From Myxococcota bacterium (lineage in GTDB: Bacteria > Myxococcota_A > Polyangia > Polyangiales > Sandaracinaceae), in NCBI GenBank assembly GCA_036149055.1, contig JAYZQJ010000188.1, positions 1 to 14,090 of the forward strand: a DNA stretch of 14,090 nucleotides, in the 5' to 3' direction. The notes beneath the pieces were generated by a model. The model was not told the origin of the DNA, did not search any database, and saw only the letters and a program-made list of their open reading frames with translations. The position numbers and the translations under genes were made by a program. Every line of letters begins with the position of its first letter. The first letter of the stretch is position 1. This document shows, one piece after another, positions 10,284 through 14,090 of the stretch.

Positions 10284-12635
10284 GTGGGGAACGGCTCGCG
10301 CCTGGTCCTGGTTGCGTGGCTGGTCGCGTGGCTCGCGATGTCCAGCGCGGCGCTCGCGCAGGAGGAGCCGCCGACTCCGCCGAGGCTCCTCGAGGCGCCG
10401 CCGCTGGAGCTGCCCGAGGGCGCCGCGCCGATCGAGGGTGGCGCGGCGGTCGAGCTGCTCCTGACGATCGACGCGACCGGCGCGGTGAGCGACGCGGCGA
10501 TCACCACGCCGGTCCGACCCGACGTCGACGCCCTCGCGCTCGAGGCCGCCCGGCGCATGCGCTTCGAGCCGGCGACGCGAGGCGGCGAGCCCATCCCGGC
10601 GCGGATCCGCTTCCGCTACGTCGTCACCGCGCCGACCCCGCCGCCGCTCGAGGCGCCGCCGCCGCTCGAGCCGCCGCCCGATCCCCTGTTCGAGGCGCCC
10701 GACGAGGGCCCGGAGCTCGGGGTGACCGCGGTGGTCGAGCGCGACGAAGAGGGCGCGGCGAGCCGCATCACGCTCCGCGGCGAGGAGCTGACCACCGTGC
10801 CCGGCACCTTCGGCGAGCCGCTCCGCGCGGTCGGCAGCCTCCCCGGCGTCGCCCGCTCGCCGTTCGGCCTGGGCTTCTTCCTGGTGCGGGGCTCGGACTT
10901 CCAGAACACGGGGTTCCTGGTCGACGGCTTCCCGGTGCCGCTGATGTACCACGTGGGCGCGGGCCCCGCGATCCTCAGCAACCGCTTCGTCGACCGCATG
11001 GACTTCTACGCGGGCAACTACCCCGTGCGCTACGGGCGCTACGGCGGCGGCCTGATCGCGCTGAGCAGCGACATCCCGGACGTCGACTCGCCGCTCGGCG
11101 AGGCCTCGCTGGACGCGGCCCGGGCGAGCGTGCTGGCGGTGGTCCCGACCGACGACGGCCGCGGCGCGGTCGCGGCGGCGTTCCGGCGGAGCTACTTCGA
11201 GGCGATCCTGCCGCTCGTGCAGCCCGGGCTGGAGCTGTCCTTCATGGACTACCAGCTCCTCGGTGAGTACGCGCCCGACGACCGGCTCGAGGTCTCGTTC
11301 TTCTTCTTCGGCGCCAACGACAACCTCGACCAGAGCGGTCAGCTGGGCGACGGAGGGTTCATCAGCGAGGGCAGCCGCTCGCGCGTCTCCTTCGACCTCC
11401 AGCGCCTCATCGCGAGCGTGCGAATCCGACCCGACGCGGACACCCGGGTGACCCTCAGCGGCATGGTCGGGCGGGACGCGAGCGGCTTCGACGCGGCGCA
11501 GCCGGGGCTGGGCCTGTTGACCTTCGAGCTCGAGGCCTTCTTCGCCGGCGTGCGCCTCGACGCCGAGCTGACGATGACCGATCAGCTCCGCGCGCGAGCC
11601 GGCGTCGACGTCAACACGCTGAGCGCCCGGATCCTCGGCACCGCGCCGGTCCCGCCCGGTCTCGGCGAGCAGCCGCGCCCCCTCCCGACGCTGACCACGA
11701 GCGACGCCTCGGTGGGCGTGGTCGAGGCCTTCGCGGCGGCGTACTGGGAGCAGGTCTTCGACTTCCGCCCGCTGGAGATCAGCGCCGGGCTGCGGGTTGA
11801 CGTGATGCGCTACGGCGACGTGCTCGAGCCGATCTTCGACCCCCGCGTGGTCAGCCGCCTCGCGCTCGCCGAGTGGATCACCGTCAAGCTCGCGTCCGGG
11901 CTCTTCGTGCAGCAGCCGAGCCCGTTCACCATCTTCCGGGTGGGCGGCAACCCGTCCATCCCGCCGGAGCGCGCCTGGCAGTCGTCGGGCGGGCTGGAGC
12001 TGTCGCTCCCCGTGGGCGTGCAGGCGTTCCTCACCGGCTTCTACAACCGTCAGTGGAACATCGCGCGCGCCACCGACGAGATCGTGCCCACCGAGGACGG
12101 CCTGCGGCGGGTCTTCTTCCGCGCCGACCAGGAGGGCCACTCCTACGGCCTCGAGGTCATGCTCCGCATGCGGCACGAGGGCTTCTACGGCTGGGTCACC
12201 TACACCCTCTCGCGCGCCGAGCGCTGGCACCCGGGGCAGGCGCCGGAGGTCTTCGGCTTCGACCAGACCCACGTGCTCAACCTCGTCGCGAGCTACGGCT
12301 TCGACGGCTGGCGCTTCGGCGGCCGCTTCCAGCTCGCCACCGGCCGGCCGGCCCGGGACGCGGAGGGCGCGCGCTTCGACGCGGACACCGGCGGCTTCGT
12401 CGCGATCTTCGGCCCGCGGGGCCCGCGCGTGCCCTACAGCCACCAGCTCGACGTGCGCATCGACCGCGAGTTCGATCTCGGCGCCGTGAAGGGCTCGGTC
12501 TACCTCGACGTCATCAACGTCTACTTCTCCGAGCTGCCCGAGGGCCGGCTCTTCCAGTACGACTACGCGCGCAGCGGCCTGTTGCGCGGGCTGCCGATCA
12601 TCCCGTCGATCGGCGTGCGGGGGACCCTGCAGTGA
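10284..12635 (+). CDS. TonB-dependent receptor with N-terminal TonB C-terminal-like domain (myxobacterial type), 783 aa
   Basis: GTG start after GGAGG (short spacing). Signal peptide ending ALA|Q. TonB_C-like segment VELLLTIDATGAVSD...DALALEAARRMRFEPA.RGGEPI. Pro-rich linker. Plug ELTTVPGTFGEPLRAVGSLPGV...VRGS...VDGFPVP. Barrel strands AGLRVD, EPIFDPR, SYGLEV, GWVTYTLSRA, FDQTH, QLDVRID, YLDVINVY. Confidence 0.88.
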   Translation: MGNGSRLVLVAWLVAWLAMSSAALAQEEPPTPPRLLEAPPLELPEGAAPIEGGAAVELLLTIDATGAVSDAAITTPVRPDVDALALEAARRMRFEPATRGGEPIPARIRFRYVVTAPTPPPLEAPPPLEPPPDPLFEAPDEGPELGVTAVVERDEEGAASRITLRGEELTTVPGTFGEPLRAVGSLPGVARSPFGLGFFLVRGSDFQNTGFLVDGFPVPLMYHVGAGPAILSNRFVDRMDFYAGNYPVRYGRYGGGLIALSSDIPDVDSPLGEASLDAARASVLAVVPTDDGRGAVAAAFRRSYFEAILPLVQPGLELSFMDYQLLGEYAPDDRLEVSFFFFGANDNLDQSGQLGDGGFISEGSRSRVSFDLQRLIASVRIRPDADTRVTLSGMVGRDASGFDAAQPGLGLLTFELEAFFAGVRLDAELTMTDQLRARAGVDVNTLSARILGTAPVPPGLGEQPRPLPTLTTSDASVGVVEAFAAAYWEQVFDFRPLEISAGLRVDVMRYGDVLEPIFDPRVVSRLALAEWITVKLASGLFVQQPSPFTIFRVGGNPSIPPERAWQSSGGLELSLPVGVQAFLTGFYNRQWNIARATDEIVPTEDGLRRVFFRADQEGHSYGLEVMLRMRHEGFYGWVTYTLSRAERWHPGQAPEVFGFDQTHVLNLVASYGFDGWRFGGRFQLATGRPARDAEGARFDADTGGFVAIFGPRGPRVPYSHQLDVRIDREFDLGAVKGSVYLDVINVYFSELPEGRLFQYDYARSGLLRGLPIIPSIGVRGTLQ

Positions 12636-13516
12636 AGCGCGTCGCCTTGATGCTGCTCCTGACCGTCGGCTGCGAGGGCCCGGACTTCGAGCCGGCCTCC
12701 ATCGTGCGCGCTCCGCGGGTGATCGCGGTGGTCGCGGCGCCGGTCGAGGCCACCGCCGGGGAGGCGGTCACGTTCACGCCCTTCGTCGCCTCGCCCGACG
12801 CGGCCGCGCTGACCCTCGAGTGGGAGGTCGACCTGGGCGTGCCCGCGCTCGCCGCCGCCGCCGGTCAGTCCCTCGAGGGCGAGCCCCGCGCGATCGCGCT
12901 GGAGACGGACGGCGACGTCGCCCGCCTCCCCGCCGAAGAGACCCGCGCCGCGCTCGACGCCTTGCTCGCGCGCGTCGGCGACGCGCCCCCCGGCACGCCG
13001 GAGCACGTGGTCCGCTACGTCTACGAGACGGTCGGTCTGACCTTGATCGCGCGCTTCACCCTCCGCGCCGACGGCGAGGTCGCGATGGAGGGCTTCAAGC
13101 GCTTCTCCCTCGTCGCCGCGCCGACGTCGCTCACCAACCCGCCGCCCCCGCGCTTCCGCGTCGGCGACGCCTGGGTCAGCGCCCGCGGCCCCGACCCCTT
13201 CGACTGCGCGCCCGAAGCCGAGCCCCCGCGTGTGCCCGCCGGCGAAGCGGTGGTCCTCGCCCCCGAGCCGGACGAGCCCTGGCTCGAGACCTTTCCCGCG
13301 CTCGACCTCGAGGGCGACGTGATCACCGGCGTCGAAGACGCCTACTACTCGTGGTTCTCGGTCGCCGGCGAATTCAGCTTCGAGACCACCCGCCCCCCCG
13401 GCCGCACCACCGAGTGGACCGCCCCCGACACCCCCGGCACCTACCCCCTCTGGCTCGTCGTCCGCGACGGCCACCTCGGCGCCTCCGCTTGCCGAACCCT
13501 CGTCTCGGTCGAGTGA
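12632..13516 (+). CDS. TBDR-associated lipoprotein with C-terminal PKD/Ig-like motif, 294 aa
   Basis: GTG overlaps the TBDR stop (GTGA). MKRVALMLLLTVGC has lipobox TVGC. RVIAVVAAP.EA..GE.V near the N-terminus and YSWF...GEF...WTAP..PG...LWLVVRDG..G near the C-terminus. It is the C-terminal part of ORF 11873..13516. Confidence 0.82.
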   Translation: MKRVALMLLLTVGCEGPDFEPASIVRAPRVIAVVAAPVEATAGEAVTFTPFVASPDAAALTLEWEVDLGVPALAAAAGQSLEGEPRAIALETDGDVARLPAEETRAALDALLARVGDAPPGTPEHVVRYVYETVGLTLIARFTLRADGEVAMEGFKRFSLVAAPTSLTNPPPPRFRVGDAWVSARGPDPFDCAPEAEPPRVPAGEAVVLAPEPDEPWLETFPALDLEGDVITGVEDAYYSWFSVAGEFSFETTRPPGRTTEWTAPDTPGTYPLWLVVRDGHLGASACRTLVSVE

Positions 13517-13534
13517 GCTGCGGACGTTCCGATT

Positions 13535-13553
13535 CGACACTGCCTTCGTGTCG
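13535..13553 (+). terminator. Small hairpin downstream of the TBDR-lipoprotein operon (possible terminator or stabiliser)
   Basis: CGACAC-TGCCTTC-GTGTCG, 6-bp stem, 18 nt after the stop. No U-tract. Confidence 0.25.
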
Positions 13554-13557
13554 GTCA

Positions 13558-13943
13558 CGTGAGCTGCGAGTCCTCCGAATTTACTCTCGCAAAGACGCAA
13601 AGCCGCAAAGGGGCATGCGGGCAGCGGGATGGCACCTGGCCATCTCCTCCCCACCACCTCCTCCCTGACACCACCTCCTCGCCAGCACCTCCGTGAGCTG
13701 CGAGTCCTCCGAAATTACTCACGCAGAGACGCAGAGACGCAGAGACGCAGAGACGCAGAGACGCAGAGACGCAGAGACGCAGAGACGCAGAGGCGCAGAG
13801 GGGCATGCGGGCAGCGGAATGACACCTCGCCACCACCTCCCCGCCATCCCCTGCGTGAGCTACGAGTCCTCCGAAGTTACTCACGCAAAGACGCAAAGCC
13901 GCAAAGGGGCATGCGGGCGTCGGGACGGCATCTCGCCACCACC
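13558..13943. repeat. Three tandem copies of a composite extragenic element (starting 13558, 13692, 13854)
   Basis: Each copy reads CGTGAGCTRCGAGTCCTCCGAANTTACTC + (NCGCARAG)n + GGGCATGCGGGC + ..GGRAYGRCAYCT.GCCA + C-rich tail, with n = 3, 10 and 3. Confidence 0.9.
13721..13800. repeat. 8-bp microsatellite (ACGCAGAG)x9 + GCGCAGAG
   Basis: Counted directly: 9 perfect units at 13721-13792 and one variant at 13793-13800. Confidence 0.95.
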
Positions 13944-13970
13944 GACCGAGCTGAACCCGCCGGCTGGTGG

Positions 13971-14009
13971 TTCCGGAAACTCTGATCCGTCGCATTCCGG
14001 AAAATCTGA
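13971..14009. promoter_or_regulatory. Tandem 15-bp direct repeat with palindromic TTCCGGAA core; candidate operator
   Basis: TTCCGGAAACTCTGA (13971-13985) and TTCCGGAAAATCTGA (13995-14009), 1 mismatch, 24-bp period, ending 24 bp upstream of the ATG at 14034. Confidence 0.4.
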
Positions 14010-14033
14010 GCCCCCTCGGAGGAAGGGGCGCGG

Positions 14034-14090
14034 ATGATGATGCTGGCGATAGCGATGGCCGCCATGATGCAGGCGGTGGAGGAAGGCGAC
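14034..14090 (+). CDS. 5' end of a CDS truncated by the window edge (MMMLAIAMAAMMQAVEEGD...)
   Basis: GGAGGAAGG upstream, several in-frame ATGs, frame open to the edge. Product and true start cannot be determined. Confidence 0.45.
   Translation, partial: MMMLAIAMAAMMQAVEEGD

Noticed and set aside
11873..12631. N-terminal extension of ORF 11873..13516
   Set aside because: Off-frame overlap with the TBDR. The lipoprotein signal starts at GTG 12632.
13558..13943. CRISPR array or IS element
   Set aside because: Units differ by internal microsatellite length and have related, low-complexity tails rather than unique spacers. No transposase, terminal inverted repeats or clear target duplication.
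13555..14065. Short ORFs over the repeat region (RRDAETQ / LCVSASLR repeats)
   Set aside because: Translations of the 8-bp microsatellite, which has no stops in several frames. No coding signature.

Overview
Very GC-rich bacterial DNA. The gene content points to a myxobacterium, probably Polyangiales/Sandaracinaceae-like (inference from Cys-rich lipoproteins with 'DAG' linkers and a TonB_C-fused TonB-dependent receptor followed by a lipoprotein). Minus strand, in transcription order: a 538-aa Cys-rich lipoprotein (8611-10227); a putative di-haem cytochrome c lipoprotein with non-canonical CX5CH/CX4CH motifs (7304-8368); a YitJ-type homocysteine methyltransferase/MTHFR fusion (5390-7276); a LolA/LolB/DUF4292-like lipoprotein (4566-5393); the peptide ABC ATPases OppD and OppF without permeases (2566-4535); and a 776-aa FG-GAP beta-propeller lipoprotein (129-2459). 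Plus strand: a 56-aa Cys-rich lipoprotein absent from the ORF track (8440-8610), a TonB_C/TBDR fusion (10284-12635), its partner lipoprotein (12632-13516) and a truncated CDS start at 14034. Both ends of the window carry non-coding repeats: a 50-bp double-hairpin repeat (1-122) and a three-copy composite element with an expandable 8-bp microsatellite (13558-13943). Most notable: two lipoproteins about 8 kb apart share an N-terminal beta-rich + 14-Cys module but have unrelated C-terminal domains, one being a tandem pair of an unrecognised ~125-aa domain. All family assignments are by eye; no searches were run.
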